IMG/VR virus record: IMGVR_UViG_3300025723_000117
Location: 1 to 33,704 of that record
Source: a virus
Taxonomy: Duplodnaviria > Caudoviricetes
Length of the DNA: 33,704 nucleotides
Strand: one strand, 5' to 3'
How positions within the stretch are numbered: position 1 is the stretch's first letter; each line of letters starts with the position of its first letter. Positions 7,675 to 16,824 of this stretch are shown here, piece by piece. The notes under the pieces were generated by a model. That model saw only the letters and a program-made list of their open reading frames with translations, had not been told where the DNA came from and did no database searches. The translations under genes were made by a program, and so were the position numbers.

Positions 7675-8616
7675 ATGATCAAGTGGGACGGCAACAAGAT
7701 TGCCGCGCCGGGGATGTACGAGAAGGTGCCCATGGAGGCGTATCACGGAGACCTGTGCATCGGCCCCAGCATCTCGTCTGGCGGGATGCGGACCATGTGG
7801 TCCCAGAGCCCCGCGCATTATTTCGTCGGCAGCTACCTGAACCCCGACCGGGTGAACGAGGACAAGCCGCACTTCGCCGTTGGGCGCGCGGCGCACAAGC
7901 TGCTGATCGAAGGCCGAGACGGCTTCGACAAGGAGTACGCGATCCGCCCGCAAGAGTGGTCGGACTGGCGCACCGCCGCAGCCAAAGCGTGGCGGGGGGA
8001 GCACATCGAACGCGGCTTCACGATTCTGGTCCCGGACGATCTGGTGCAGATCGTGGGCATGTCCAAGTCGCTGGCCGCGCACCCCATGGTCAAGACGGGC
8101 ATTCTGGATGGGCTGATAGAACGGTCCTTCATCTGGAAGGACGAGGAGACAGGGGTGTGGGTCAAGGCTCGACCCGATGCGCTGCCGTCACCCATCGATC
8201 TGGCCGACCTGAAGACGACCGGCTCCGTCGCTGACGACGACGTTCAGCGCTCGCTGACCAACTATAGCTACCACGTTCAGGCGGCTGTCGCGATGGCGGG
8301 CGTCGAGGCCGTGACCGGAGCCAAGCCCGAATCGTTCACGCTGGTGTTTGTGGAGAAGGAGGCCCCGTGGGCCGTCCGCGTCATTACCATCATGCCAGAA
8401 GACATTGAGCGTGGTCGCCACCAGATGAGGTGGGCTCTGCGGGAGTTCGCCAAATGCGTCGAGACCGGCAACTGGCCGGGGCCTGACCGTGGCGCGACCG
8501 ACGCTGAGTTCCTGCCCATGAGCCAGTGGGCGCGCAACCGGATCGATGAACGACTGAACATCCTCCTGCCTGAGCAGGAAGCCGAAATCTATGAGAGGAA
8601 CAAACCCAATGTCTGA
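7675..8616 (+). CDS. RecE/exonuclease VIII-like PD-(D/E)XK nuclease (DUF3799-like)
   Basis: YH..SSG..SPAHY, G.AAH, KARPD...DLKTT, YHVQAA, FVEKEAP. Confidence 0.9.
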   Translation: MIKWDGNKIAAPGMYEKVPMEAYHGDLCIGPSISSGGMRTMWSQSPAHYFVGSYLNPDRVNEDKPHFAVGRAAHKLLIEGRDGFDKEYAIRPQEWSDWRTAAAKAWRGEHIERGFTILVPDDLVQIVGMSKSLAAHPMVKTGILDGLIERSFIWKDEETGVWVKARPDALPSPIDLADLKTTGSVADDDVQRSLTNYSYHVQAAVAMAGVEAVTGAKPESFTLVFVEKEAPWAVRVITIMPEDIERGRHQMRWALREFAKCVETGNWPGPDRGATDAEFLPMSQWARNRIDERLNILLPEQEAEIYERNKPNV

Positions 8617-9562
8617 ACCCACTGGAACCGCCGTAGCGACGGCTGAGGCCACGCCGAACACGTCGGTCGTGATGTACATGGCCGAGAAATACGGAATGCT
8701 GCCAGCGGCCTTTGAGGCGACGCTGCGGGCCACTGTCTGCAAGGGCAACGTGACCCGTGAGGAGTTCGCCGCGTTCCTGCTGGTGGCCAAGGAATACGGC
8801 CTGAACCCCCTGACCAAGGAACTGTACGCGTTCCCGGCCAAGGGCGGCGGCATCGTCCCCATCGTCTCCATCGACGGCTGGTGCCGCATCGTGAACGACC
8901 ACCCGGCCTGTGACGGCATTGAGTTCGAAGACCAAGTCGAGGACGGGGAACTGATCTCGGTCACCTGCCGCATGTACCGGAAGGACCGGTCGCGGCCCAC
9001 CATGGCCACCGAGTACATGGCCGAGTGCAGGATGAACACGGACCCGTGGAAGAAGTGGCCCGCCCGGATGCTGCGGCACAAGGCGCTGATCCAGACCGCG
9101 CGCTACGCCTTCGGCTTCTCCGGGATCGTGGACGAAGACGAGTACGAGCGGATGACCAACGTCACCCCGGAGAGAACCAACACGGCGCTGTCAGAGCGGC
9201 TGGCCCAGACCGCTGCGTCCACGGAGGGTTTCACCACGGTCTACACGGCGATTGATCCGGCCACCGGGCGCGATGAGACGGTGGTGACCATGGTGGACAG
9301 CGTGACCGGGGAGTTCACCGTGGTCGAGACTGAGGAGGCGGTGACCGACGTGGGGGCCGAGTTCGACCCGGAGTACCTGACCGACTGGGCCAACGCGATC
9401 ATCGGCGCTCTGGACGGCTACAAGTCTGGCGCTGACCTGAAGGAACTGTGGGGTGAGGACGAGATCAAGGCCCGTTTCATGGCCTTGAAGAGCCGTGACG
9501 AGGCTGCGGCCAAGCGCCTCCACGCCGCCGTCAATGGCCGCATCAAGGCGCTGGCCCAATGA
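8609..9562 (+). CDS. bet: Bet/RecT single-strand annealing protein
   Basis: YGLNPLTKELYAFP..GGIVPIVSIDGW, PWKKWPARMLRHKALIQ.ARYAFGFSGI. Confidence 0.93.
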   Translation: MSEPTGTAVATAEATPNTSVVMYMAEKYGMLPAAFEATLRATVCKGNVTREEFAAFLLVAKEYGLNPLTKELYAFPAKGGGIVPIVSIDGWCRIVNDHPACDGIEFEDQVEDGELISVTCRMYRKDRSRPTMATEYMAECRMNTDPWKKWPARMLRHKALIQTARYAFGFSGIVDEDEYERMTNVTPERTNTALSERLAQTAASTEGFTTVYTAIDPATGRDETVVTMVDSVTGEFTVVETEEAVTDVGAEFDPEYLTDWANAIIGALDGYKSGADLKELWGEDEIKARFMALKSRDEAAAKRLHAAVNGRIKALAQ

Positions 9563-9780
9563 GCGCGCCGGTCAACGAGGTGAGGGGCGTGATGGATGCT
9601 CGTAGAGGTGGTTCGCCATGCATGGTCTTCGTGGGGTTCGACGCGGCGACGGTGAAGATGTGGGACACGCGCGACACCTACCCCATCGTCCTTACCATTG
9701 ACCAAGCCCGACACATCGCCCGAAGCCTGTACCGGGCCGCGCGTCACGCTGAACGACTGACCATGGGAGAGGGCAAATGA
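9559..9780 (+). CDS. Hypothetical protein
   Basis: ATGA-coupled ORF. Confidence 0.6.
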   Translation: MSAPVNEVRGVMDARRGGSPCMVFVGFDAATVKMWDTRDTYPIVLTIDQARHIARSLYRAARHAERLTMGEGK

Positions 9781-10232
9781 ACGGGCGCTGGAGCCACGTC
9801 TGCACGGACGGGAACTTGCAGTGGTGCAAATTCGGGGAGCGGTGCGGCATCTGCCTCAAGGAAGAAGATGACAGCCTTGGCCATCACGGCCCGAAGGATC
9901 GGGATCGTGCGCGACCCATGACCATCGCAGACACAATCCGCTCTTTGAAGCCGGGGGACCGGGTGAGGGTGACACGGGATCAGACTATCAAGGAAATGCT
10001 GTCTGACGTTTGCGCCATGACCGAAGTGGGCCCGTTCATTCAACCAAACGACCCCACCATCACCTCCATTGAAGTGATAGAGCGGCCCTTGGCTGTGGGG
10101 GATCGGGTGACTGTGGAGGGTTTTGACGAACAAGGTGTCATCACCGCCATCGGCAAAAATTACTCTTTGGTCGAACTAGACTGTCGGGCCGAGGTTCCCG
10201 CCATGCACGATGACCTCCGGAGGGCGTCATGA
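9777..10232 (+). CDS. Hypothetical protein with two GDRV (KOW/SH3-like) repeats
   Basis: LKPGDRVRV and LAVGDRVTV; ATGA-coupled; true start may be 9918. Confidence 0.6.
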   Translation: MNGRWSHVCTDGNLQWCKFGERCGICLKEEDDSLGHHGPKDRDRARPMTIADTIRSLKPGDRVRVTRDQTIKEMLSDVCAMTEVGPFIQPNDPTITSIEVIERPLAVGDRVTVEGFDEQGVITAIGKNYSLVELDCRAEVPAMHDDLRRAS

Positions 10233-10243
10233 CCCACACAGAC

Positions 10244-10405
10244 CTACCGCCGGGTTTTAGCTCTGCGGGCGATCTCCCGGTCAATGGCCGCGCGGATCAG
10301 GTCGGTACGGTCCTCGCCATCGGTCAGCACAGCGTCGATCCGTTCTCGCGTCCCTTCCGTCAACCGGACCAGAACCGTTTCGGCAAATAACTTTGGGCGA
10401 CCCAT
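10244..10405 (-). CDS. Ribbon-helix-helix (Arc/CopG-like) regulator, 53 aa
   Basis: MGRPKLFAETVLVRLTEGTRERIDAVLTDGEDRTDLIRAAIDREIARR; not in the ORF track. Confidence 0.8.
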   Translation of the reverse strand: MGRPKLFAETVLVRLTEGTRERIDAVLTDGEDRTDLIRAAIDREIARRAKTRR

Positions 10406-10410
10406 TTCGT

Positions 10411-10452
10411 ATATCCGCTATTGACGACACGGCAACGTATAGCGTATATATG
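10411..10452 (+). promoter_or_regulatory. Promoter overlapped by an inverted-repeat operator
   Basis: ATATCCGCTA (10411-20) / TAGCGTATAT (10440-49) flank TTGACG...TATATA. Confidence 0.6.
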
Positions 10453-10477
10453 TTTCATCGACAAGGGAGATACGGAA

Positions 10478-10687
10478 ATGACCGTCGAAATGGAAAACGC
10501 CCTGCATTATCTGGCTTCTGCAATCTATCGCGGCGAAGTCGGCGCGGAATGGGAGGATTGCTGCGACAGTGCCGAGGCTGCGGCTCATCGGCTTCGCTTC
10601 CAGTATTACCCCGCTCATGCGCCCATGCGTGATCGTGATTTGGCCCCGCTGCTTTACGCAGAGGCCGCGCGTTATGAGGATATGTAA
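10478..10687 (+). CDS. Hypothetical protein (cassette cargo)
   Basis: AAGGGAG SD, MTVEMENALHYL... Confidence 0.65.
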   Translation: MTVEMENALHYLASAIYRGEVGAEWEDCCDSAEAAAHRLRFQYYPAHAPMRDRDLAPLLYAEAARYEDM

Positions 10688-10689
10688 CC

Positions 10690-11139
10690 ATGACTCGCAC
10701 CCCCGACACCGCCCCTAGCCAGAGCGCGGACCTGATAGCTGATCTCAAAGACGTTGTGTCCGTGTTGCACGGCGAGCGTTTGGTCGTTTCTGCCGATACG
10801 GTTGGGCAAGCAATCACCGCCCTCCGCGCAGCAGAGGGCAAAGTTAACACAGTCTGGGACACGATCCGCCATTATCAGGATTGCGCAAAGGCGGCAGAAG
10901 CAAGGGAACTTGTTCTGTCTAACGCCCTCCGCGCAGCAGAGGCTGAGAACGCGAGGCTGCGGGAATATCCGACATGGGTCATGGAACAGGAAGAGATCGT
11001 CAAGCCGTGGCTCAGCAAGTTCTTCGGGCTTGGGCCGAACCCGAAAGGCCCGACGCACGTTGACCCGCTGCCGATCCACGCCATCTGGGGCTTTTTCGGA
11101 CGCGCCCGCCGCGCCCTTGGAGGTAGCAATGAAACTTAA
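10690..11139 (+). CDS. Hypothetical protein
   Basis: 149-aa ORF with an internal ALRAAE repeat. Confidence 0.65.
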   Translation: MTRTPDTAPSQSADLIADLKDVVSVLHGERLVVSADTVGQAITALRAAEGKVNTVWDTIRHYQDCAKAAEARELVLSNALRAAEAENARLREYPTWVMEQEEIVKPWLSKFFGLGPNPKGPTHVDPLPIHAIWGFFGRARRALGGSNET

Positions 11140-11515
11140 TCGAACGCGACAGGAATGGGCCGAGATCGAAGGCGATTACAAGCGCGAGACTGGACACGTG
11201 CCGATGTGGGCAACTGACCTCGCCACCCTATTTGCCGAGGTAAACCGCCTGACTGCCCAGCTTGCTGAACGGGAGGGGATCGCGCGGGAACTGTTTCGAG
11301 CCCTTGATATGGCGTCAAAGGAAATGACGGTGCGCAGAGAAATTTGGCGCGTAGTCAAACCCGCCCTAGCCCGCTTCCACGCTGCGGAGGGTGAGGGGCG
11401 CAAGCCGCACGCGCACGTAACCAACAAAGGGACCGTTCTGGAAATACCGGAAGGGGTTGAGTGCCCGTTATGCCGGATAGCCAGCGCCCACGCTGCGAAC
11501 GGCGACCATGGCTGA
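11129..11515 (+). CDS. Hypothetical protein
   Basis: GGAGGT SD, MKLNRTRQ... Confidence 0.65.
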   Translation: MKLNRTRQEWAEIEGDYKRETGHVPMWATDLATLFAEVNRLTAQLAEREGIARELFRALDMASKEMTVRREIWRVVKPALARFHAAEGEGRKPHAHVTNKGTVLEIPEGVECPLCRIASAHAANGDHG

Positions 11516-11816
11516 GGCATTTATGCTCAACACACGCGGACCAGACGGCGAATGCCAGCACCTGACGCAAACCATATGGCCAGACGGGCGACACCAATGT
11601 CACTTCTGCGGAAAACGGTGGGTCGTCATGCCTCCCGATTGGGAGGGGATCGCGCGGGAACTGGCAGCGGCGTTGGCCAATGCTGCCGACGACATTGAGC
11701 GTTACGTCGTGGTGCGAGGAAGCGGAGTTGAAGTCTCGCCCGAAGAATGCACCGCACTGTATCGCGCGGTTTTAGCCCGCTTCCGGGCTGCGGAGGATAA
11801 GAGCCATGACGCTTAG
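11508..11816 (+). CDS. Hypothetical protein (Zn-ribbon plus EGIAREL module)
   Basis: CQH...CHFC; shares a module with the upstream gene. Confidence 0.6.
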   Translation: MAEAFMLNTRGPDGECQHLTQTIWPDGRHQCHFCGKRWVVMPPDWEGIARELAAALANAADDIERYVVVRGSGVEVSPEECTALYRAVLARFRAAEDKSHDA

Positions 11817-12066
11817 AGAGAAGATCAACGACACGCTGCTCCAGTTGGGCATGGGCGACATGAGCACCTATGAGGCCGAAGACACGATCCTTGCCGCGAT
11901 CCGTGAGCACATGACCAGCCCCGAGGCGGTGGAGCGGGGGGCAGCGGCTTATGCCAATTCCACCGGCTACTACGTGCCGTTTCATCGCGGACTGTCGTCA
12001 GAAAGTTCTGACGCAATTCGACGGGGCACCCGCGCCGCCATCCTCGTCGCACTGGGGGAAGAATGA
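11806..12066 (+). CDS. Hypothetical protein
   Basis: GGAGG SD; 86-aa ORF. Confidence 0.6.
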   Translation: MTLREKINDTLLQLGMGDMSTYEAEDTILAAIREHMTSPEAVERGAAAYANSTGYYVPFHRGLSSESSDAIRRGTRAAILVALGEE

Positions 12067-12110
12067 CTAGGGACGAAGCCGCCCATGTCTGGCGTTAGGA
12101 GGCGAGGGGT

Positions 12111-12311
12111 ATGACCCGTGGAAATCCAAGTCTGGGTCGAGCCAGCGTTCATGGTCGGGGTCGCGGTCCGCTCGCGCTGGTGGATCGTGTTCTATCTGGG
12201 CTTCGTCGTCATTGGCGTGGGCCTGTAATCGAAGACAAAGACCGGTATGGTCGGCAGCTTCTGATCCTGTGCGCCCGCGAGGACGAGAGCAAAACTGGGA
12301 GGCAACCGTGA
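12111..12311 (+). CDS. Hypothetical protein
   Basis: 66-aa ORF in operon, SD present. Confidence 0.4.
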   Translation: MTRGNPSLGRASVHGRGRGPLALVDRVLSGLRRHWRGPVIEDKDRYGRQLLILCAREDESKTGRQP

Positions 12312-12589
12312 AGGGCTATTTCAACTTCCGCCACATCATCATGCGCGCTGGCATCCCGTCTACCAACGAGACCAATTGGGCGGTCGGGCACATGCTGGCG
12401 TCCATGGCGCAGAAGCGGGGTGTGGAACCCTCACGCATCCTGACCGAGAAGACCGACCCGAACGCCAAGGTCGCCGCGCCGCACTGCATCGCTCACTACC
12501 CCATGAATCTCTACGACGACGCTCTGGCGATGGTGCGGAACTGGTGGGGCGAGCGAGAGGCGCAGGGCGATCTGTTCGACCGCACGTAG
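12308..12589 (+). CDS. Hypothetical protein
   Basis: GGAGG SD and GTG start, KGYFNFRHII... Confidence 0.65.
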   Translation: MKGYFNFRHIIMRAGIPSTNETNWAVGHMLASMAQKRGVEPSRILTEKTDPNAKVAAPHCIAHYPMNLYDDALAMVRNWWGEREAQGDLFDRT

Positions 12590-12598
12590 GCCCCACAG

Positions 12599-12988
12599 AT
12601 GACCCGTGAGGCCGTTCCGGCCACTCCGCGTAGGGCAATGACCCCCAAGCGCCGTTTGGCCGTCCTGACGCGCTCTGGGCTCTGCTGTGCGCATCCCGGA
12701 TGCATCATGTGTCAGGGGCTGGAGATCGACCACATCATCCCCTTGGAGTTGGGCGGGTCGGACGATGAAGATAACCTTCAGGCCCTCTGCTACGCGCACC
12801 ACAAGGCCAAGACGAAGGAAGACATCAAGCGCATCGCCAAGGCGAGGCGGCTCAGAAACAAGAAACCCCCCGACCCGAACCGGCTTGGCCAGATCAGGTC
12901 GAGGGGCTTCGACAAGTCAGTCAAAAGGAAGTTCAACGGTCAGGTAGTGCGTCGGAACGCTCGACCAGATCGTCAAGATACTCAATAG
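12599..12988 (+). CDS. HNH endonuclease
   Basis: EIDHIIPLELGGSDDEDNLQALCYAHHKAKT. Confidence 0.92.
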   Translation: MTREAVPATPRRAMTPKRRLAVLTRSGLCCAHPGCIMCQGLEIDHIIPLELGGSDDEDNLQALCYAHHKAKTKEDIKRIAKARRLRNKKPPDPNRLGQIRSRGFDKSVKRKFNGQVVRRNARPDRQDTQ

Positions 12989-13250
12989 CATCTGCCAGCA
13001 TGTTGATGCGGTCGATGATCTTCTCGCTACGGGAAACCCGGTCGAGAAACATGCGTTCCAGTTCAAGGCGGATGGAGGGCGAAGACCGGAACTTGGACGT
13101 GTCCTGTTTGTCGTCACTCCAGAAGCGAACGCGCTGCTCCTGAATGCCAAGAGCAGCCGCCGCCGCAGCCACATACTTCACTCCCCACAGCGCGGTGCAG
13201 ATAGCCCGGAACTCCGCTGCGTTCAGTCCGCGATCTGGGGTATTGGTCAT
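12933..13250 (-). CDS. HTH DNA-binding protein
   Basis: AAAAAALGIQEQRVRFW HTH pattern. Confidence 0.6.
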   Translation of the reverse strand: MTNTPDRGLNAAEFRAICTALWGVKYVAAAAAALGIQEQRVRFWSDDKQDTSKFRSSPSIRLELERMFLDRVSRSEKIIDRINMLADAIEYLDDLVERSDALPDR

Positions 13251-13759
13251 GGCGTCTCCTTCACATACTCAGTGATCCACACCTCAGCCTGAGACAGCGC
13301 CTCGCGTTTGATGCGGAAAGTTTCTTCCAGCGTGGGGTTCCAGCGGGCCTTTGCCTGCCACAAGGCATGCTGGCCACCAAGGCGAACAACATCCACCGCA
13401 GCGCTGGGTGTAGCAACATTCGTGGGCCTTACCACGTATTTTCCCTCACCCTTTCCGCCGCTCTTGTTGGCTGCCACCTTCACAGGCGGCTCAGGAGGCA
13501 CCCACGCGGCTTCCTCCTGCTTCTCCTCAGCCGCCTCCCACCCAGCAGCGAGCCACTGCTCACTGGGCGGCTCTGGGGGCCTGACGCCAGTGACGGAAGA
13601 CAACACCTTGATCAGGTGCGCCACTTCCGCCTCAGCCAGCGTGTGGAAAGTGAAGGCTGCATTATCAGCCCCCACATTGGACGCCACCAGTTCGGCCCTC
13701 AGAAGGTGGGCCAAGTTCTCCGCATGCCCGATCAGGGCGTGTATCGCGGGGTTTGTCAT
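13247..13759 (-). CDS. Hypothetical protein
   Basis: GGAG SD, 170-aa ORF. Confidence 0.7.
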   Translation of the reverse strand: MTNPAIHALIGHAENLAHLLRAELVASNVGADNAAFTFHTLAEAEVAHLIKVLSSVTGVRPPEPPSEQWLAAGWEAAEEKQEEAAWVPPEPPVKVAANKSGGKGEGKYVVRPTNVATPSAAVDVVRLGGQHALWQAKARWNPTLEETFRIKREALSQAEVWITEYVKETP

Positions 13760-13794
13760 ATCGATCTCCAGTGCGCTCTCTGCGCGTTGTGGCC

Positions 13795-14163
13795 CTATTG
13801 GCCGGTGGAAACTTCAGGCTCCCATTCTTCACCGACCCACACCTCAGGCGTGATCGGCGCGACCCACCTGATCTTCAGGTCAGTCATGAACGTCTGAGGT
13901 GACACGCTGTCTCCCTCGTCGTTGGTCCCCAGCACCAGCGCCTTCCCGGCGAGCGGGGTCGGGTAGTCCCCGATCAGGAAGAACGCTTGGTCGCCCTTGA
14001 GCAGTCCCTCGTCATCGACGTAGGCGCAGTCCTGATTTTCTCTGGTGAAGCGGCACAGATCGAAGCAGTCAGCCCCGATGTGGCCGTAGATCGACTGGTA
14101 GTTGCCGTCCCAGTCCACCTTGGTGACCATTCTCTTAAACGGATCAATCACGTAACCGAACAT
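13795..14163 (-). CDS. DUF3846-like protein
   Basis: IDP...IYGHIG...AYVDDEGLL...PLAGKALVLG...G. Confidence 0.75.
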   Translation of the reverse strand: MFGYVIDPFKRMVTKVDWDGNYQSIYGHIGADCFDLCRFTRENQDCAYVDDEGLLKGDQAFFLIGDYPTPLAGKALVLGTNDEGDSVSPQTFMTDLKIRWVAPITPEVWVGEEWEPEVSTGQ

Positions 14164-14295
14164 CTTCATCTCCTTTGCGCTCAACAGCGCGGTTTCGGCC
14201 CCATGGCCAATAAAAAACGACAATGCCTCTCAATAGGACGCTGCCACTGACGAAGAGGGAGATCATGCCAAACCACTTGATGATCTCCCACAACA

Positions 14296-14586
14296 TCATT
14301 CCGGCTCCGTCAGAGACAGGGCCTCATCCGCTTCGTCGCCTAGGGCGGACAGCAGATTGCCCAGCAGCACTCTGTACGCTGGGCTGTCCTTGTCTATCCC
14401 CTTCAGGAGATCGACCCGTGGGCTGACCCCACGCGGGGGCAGAAACAGGCCAGTGACCTCCTCTGCCTCAGCGTAGGGTCCATGCCCCGGTTCATCATCC
14501 CGGTCTCTCTGACCGGGGTACCATGTGCCTTCGACTTCGATCTCAAGTTCCGCGAAGACGCTGGCGTAGGTAGGGTAGGATCGCAT
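14296..14586 (-). CDS. Hypothetical protein
   Basis: GGAGG SD, MRSYPTY... Confidence 0.65.
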   Translation of the reverse strand: MRSYPTYASVFAELEIEVEGTWYPGQRDRDDEPGHGPYAEAEEVTGLFLPPRGVSPRVDLLKGIDKDSPAYRVLLGNLLSALGDEADEALSLTEPE

Positions 14587-14768
14587 CAGAACCTCCATAG
14601 TGCGACGAGGCTCACACCCAGCAGGCAGACCGCCACAAGCGCGACGATCTCCATGGCAGGCCAGAACCAGTTGACAGGACGACGCCTGCCCTCAGCCACC
14701 ATGCGGTAGGCCAAGGGCAGGTCGTCCGGCTCGCGCCTCAGGGGCGCAATGTTGATGATGCGCTTCAA
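14586..14768 (-). CDS. Small membrane protein
   Basis: C-terminal TM helix; coupled to neighbouring genes. Confidence 0.6.
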   Translation of the reverse strand: MKRIINIAPLRREPDDLPLAYRMVAEGRRRPVNWFWPAMEIVALVAVCLLGVSLVALWRF

Positions 14769-15142
14769 TCGTGTTCCTCCCCCACACCGGACTTCGGGTG
14801 GTTGGGCAGGCTAGCCACCACGTTCAGGAAGGCCAGCACCTGTTCAGGCGTCTGCCACCCTTCGACGTGGGTCTGGGCGTCAGGGCCGATGTCTGGCTTC
14901 TTGTCCACGAAGCTGTACCAAGTGTCGTCTTCGTGGAAGGCGGCGATCTCAGCCGTGTGCGACTTGCCCAGAGGCTTCTCGTAGTCCCGGCTGTCGTAGT
15001 GCTCGCAGTAGTTGCCCGCCCCGAACTGGACCGACGCGGTCCAGCCGTTGGGGAACGTGATGTGGAACCCGCTGCCACCGGCAGAAAGCCCCCTCTGGCA
15101 GACAGCGAACCCCGGTTGGGAAAATTCAGGATTGCGGTTCAT
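14765..15142 (-). CDS. Conserved phage hypothetical protein
   Basis: GFHITFPNGWTASVQFG.GNYC...AEIA...V.GW motif. Confidence 0.75.
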   Translation of the reverse strand: MNRNPEFSQPGFAVCQRGLSAGGSGFHITFPNGWTASVQFGAGNYCEHYDSRDYEKPLGKSHTAEIAAFHEDDTWYSFVDKKPDIGPDAQTHVEGWQTPEQVLAFLNVVASLPNHPKSGVGEEHD

Positions 15143-15356
15143 TGGAGCCTCCTCTGTAGTGTTGGATCAGGTCGGCCTCGTACCGGTCCAGAGACGCCTT
15201 CACGGGCGGCTCCAGCGCGATCTCATTGGCCACGACGCGTCGGTCCTCGTAGTGGTGATAGGTCCGAAGCCAGATGTGGTACCCATCGAACGATGCGTAG
15301 ACCGCATCTCCGATGTACCGTTCCGGGAAGCGGGGGGTCTCAGTCACTGTGCTCAT
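15126..15356 (-). CDS. Conserved phage hypothetical protein
   Basis: YIGDAVYASFDGYHIWL...IALEP.V; AGGAGG SD. Confidence 0.75.
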   Translation of the reverse strand: MSTVTETPRFPERYIGDAVYASFDGYHIWLRTYHHYEDRRVVANEIALEPPVKASLDRYEADLIQHYRGGSNEPQS

Positions 15357-15376
15357 CAGCACCTCCTGTAATGGCC

Positions 15377-15515
15377 CCTGTGGGCCGTTGGTCCGCATGA
15401 AGCGGCTAGACCGGGCGGAACAGGTCCACCCGGTCAGGTCGCGCCGTGCTAGATGCCCAGACGACGGGCGATCACCTGAGCATAGGTCTCGCGACCCCTC
15501 AAGCGACGCCACAGG
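15377..15515 (-). ncRNA. Candidate multi-branch structured intergenic RNA
   Basis: Closing stem CCTGTGG/CCACAGG encloses GGTCGCG/CGCGACC, GACCGGGTGG/CCGCCCGGTC and CCGC/GCGG helices. Confidence 0.45.
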
Positions 15516-16061
15516 TCACTCAGCAGTCTCATGGGTGGCCTCCTTCCAGTGCTCTTTGCCCGTGATGCGCTCGTAGTCCTTCATCACGTCCACATTGATG
15601 CCCCAGCCGCTGTCCAGCAGCCCCCAGTAGCCCTTCTTCAACGCCCACTTCTCAAGGAAGTCGGTGTCGAAGGGGACGCCGAGGTAGAGGCAGTTCTCCG
15701 GGTCGTTCCAAGTGGGGTCGAGCACATGCCCGTCCCACTCGACCCACGCGTGGTGGATGGGGATGCCAAGGTCCAAGCGGACAGCGTATCCCTCCCGGTA
15801 CTCGTAGCCCTCATGGATGGCCAACCGACCGGCGTTGGAGAAGCACTCCTTCGCGGTCATCCGCTGGATCGGGCAACCATCCATGCCGGTGGCTTGCCCA
15901 CGCTTCTCAAGGCCAGCGTGGCGCAGCACGAACGCCTCCATGCGATAGGGCCACAGGGGGTTGTTCACCCCCAGCCCAGACCGCTCGTAGACATCGCGCC
16001 ACACCTTCTGTTGCTGCTCCAGAGCCTCCCGGAGCGTGACCGTCTCTGATGCGAACGTCAT
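15516..16061 (-). CDS. Papain/transglutaminase-like Cys-His-Asp protein
   Basis: KECFSNA...YREGYA...IHHAWV...VLDPTW...YLGVPF. Confidence 0.65.
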   Translation of the reverse strand: MTFASETVTLREALEQQQKVWRDVYERSGLGVNNPLWPYRMEAFVLRHAGLEKRGQATGMDGCPIQRMTAKECFSNAGRLAIHEGYEYREGYAVRLDLGIPIHHAWVEWDGHVLDPTWNDPENCLYLGVPFDTDFLEKWALKKGYWGLLDSGWGINVDVMKDYERITGKEHWKEATHETAE

Positions 16062-16324
16062 TGACGGCCCTCCGCTTTGGCAATGGCGTCGCGAGCGGGC
16101 TTGAAGTACCCGCCCACAGCCTCAGCCGGGTCGATGCCGATCTCGCGAGCGGCGTAGTCGATCAGGCCCTTGAGCGCCTCCAGAAGCTCTGGAGCGGCGG
16201 CGATCAGGTGACCATTCCGGGCTGATGTCACGCAGACCGAGATGGGGTGACCTGACGGGGTCTTGCCATAGACCCGGCTATATTCGGGCGTGAACGTCCA
16301 CGGCCCGGATGTGGGGTTGGTCAT
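16058..16324 (-). CDS. Conserved phage hypothetical protein
   Basis: TSGPW...N.HLIAAAPELLEAL...AIAKAEG. Confidence 0.8.
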   Translation of the reverse strand: MTNPTSGPWTFTPEYSRVYGKTPSGHPISVCVTSARNGHLIAAAPELLEALKGLIDYAAREIGIDPAEAVGGYFKPARDAIAKAEGRQ

Positions 16325-16359
16325 AGCTCTCTCCTTGTGAGTTGCGCCCTGTGGCGCGG

Positions 16360-16791
16360 TTACCAGCTGGCCTCGTAGTAGACCTCGCGCATTTCGATCT
16401 GGTCGGTGGGCGGGGGAGCCTCCAGCCAGTCGATAGCGGCACTCAACGTCTTGATGTCGTATTCGAGTTGCCGCTCGTACCACTCGTCCTCAGGCGTGGC
16501 GCTGGTGCCGAAGAAGAAGCCTGAGGTGTGTGGCAGGGTCCGTTCGATGACCGCGTCCCTGATCTGTCTCAGGTTGTCCGCAGTCAGGCCAACGGGCCTG
16601 CAGTCGTCCTTCCCGTCAACCGCGAAGTTCTGGACGATGTAGCCGTGGAGGTTCGGGTGTTTGCGCCAGTACCCCATGTCCAGTTCGAACCCGATGACCC
16701 GGAAGCCGTCTTGTTCGGGGGGTGGGGTGTCGGGGAAATCGCGGTGCCTGAAGACGTGCTTCTTGCCGCGCAGATACATATCAAGTCCCAT
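16360..16791 (-). CDS. Conserved phage hypothetical protein
   Basis: MGLDMYL...YWRKHPNLHGY...GFFFG...YYEASW. Confidence 0.8.
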   Translation of the reverse strand: MGLDMYLRGKKHVFRHRDFPDTPPPEQDGFRVIGFELDMGYWRKHPNLHGYIVQNFAVDGKDDCRPVGLTADNLRQIRDAVIERTLPHTSGFFFGTSATPEDEWYERQLEYDIKTLSAAIDWLEAPPPTDQIEMREVYYEASW

Positions 16792-16824
16792 GTGTCTCTC
16801 CTTTGAGAGGTTAAGGGACGGAGC

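Noticed and set aside
14167-14200. GGCCGAAAC on the - strand resembling a fifth hammerhead
   Set aside because: No CUGANGA core, NUH site or stem I in register; at most a decayed remnant
14246-14292. CTGACGA followed by a hairpin on the + strand
   Set aside because: The hairpin is not followed by GAAA, and it is on the wrong strand for the operon
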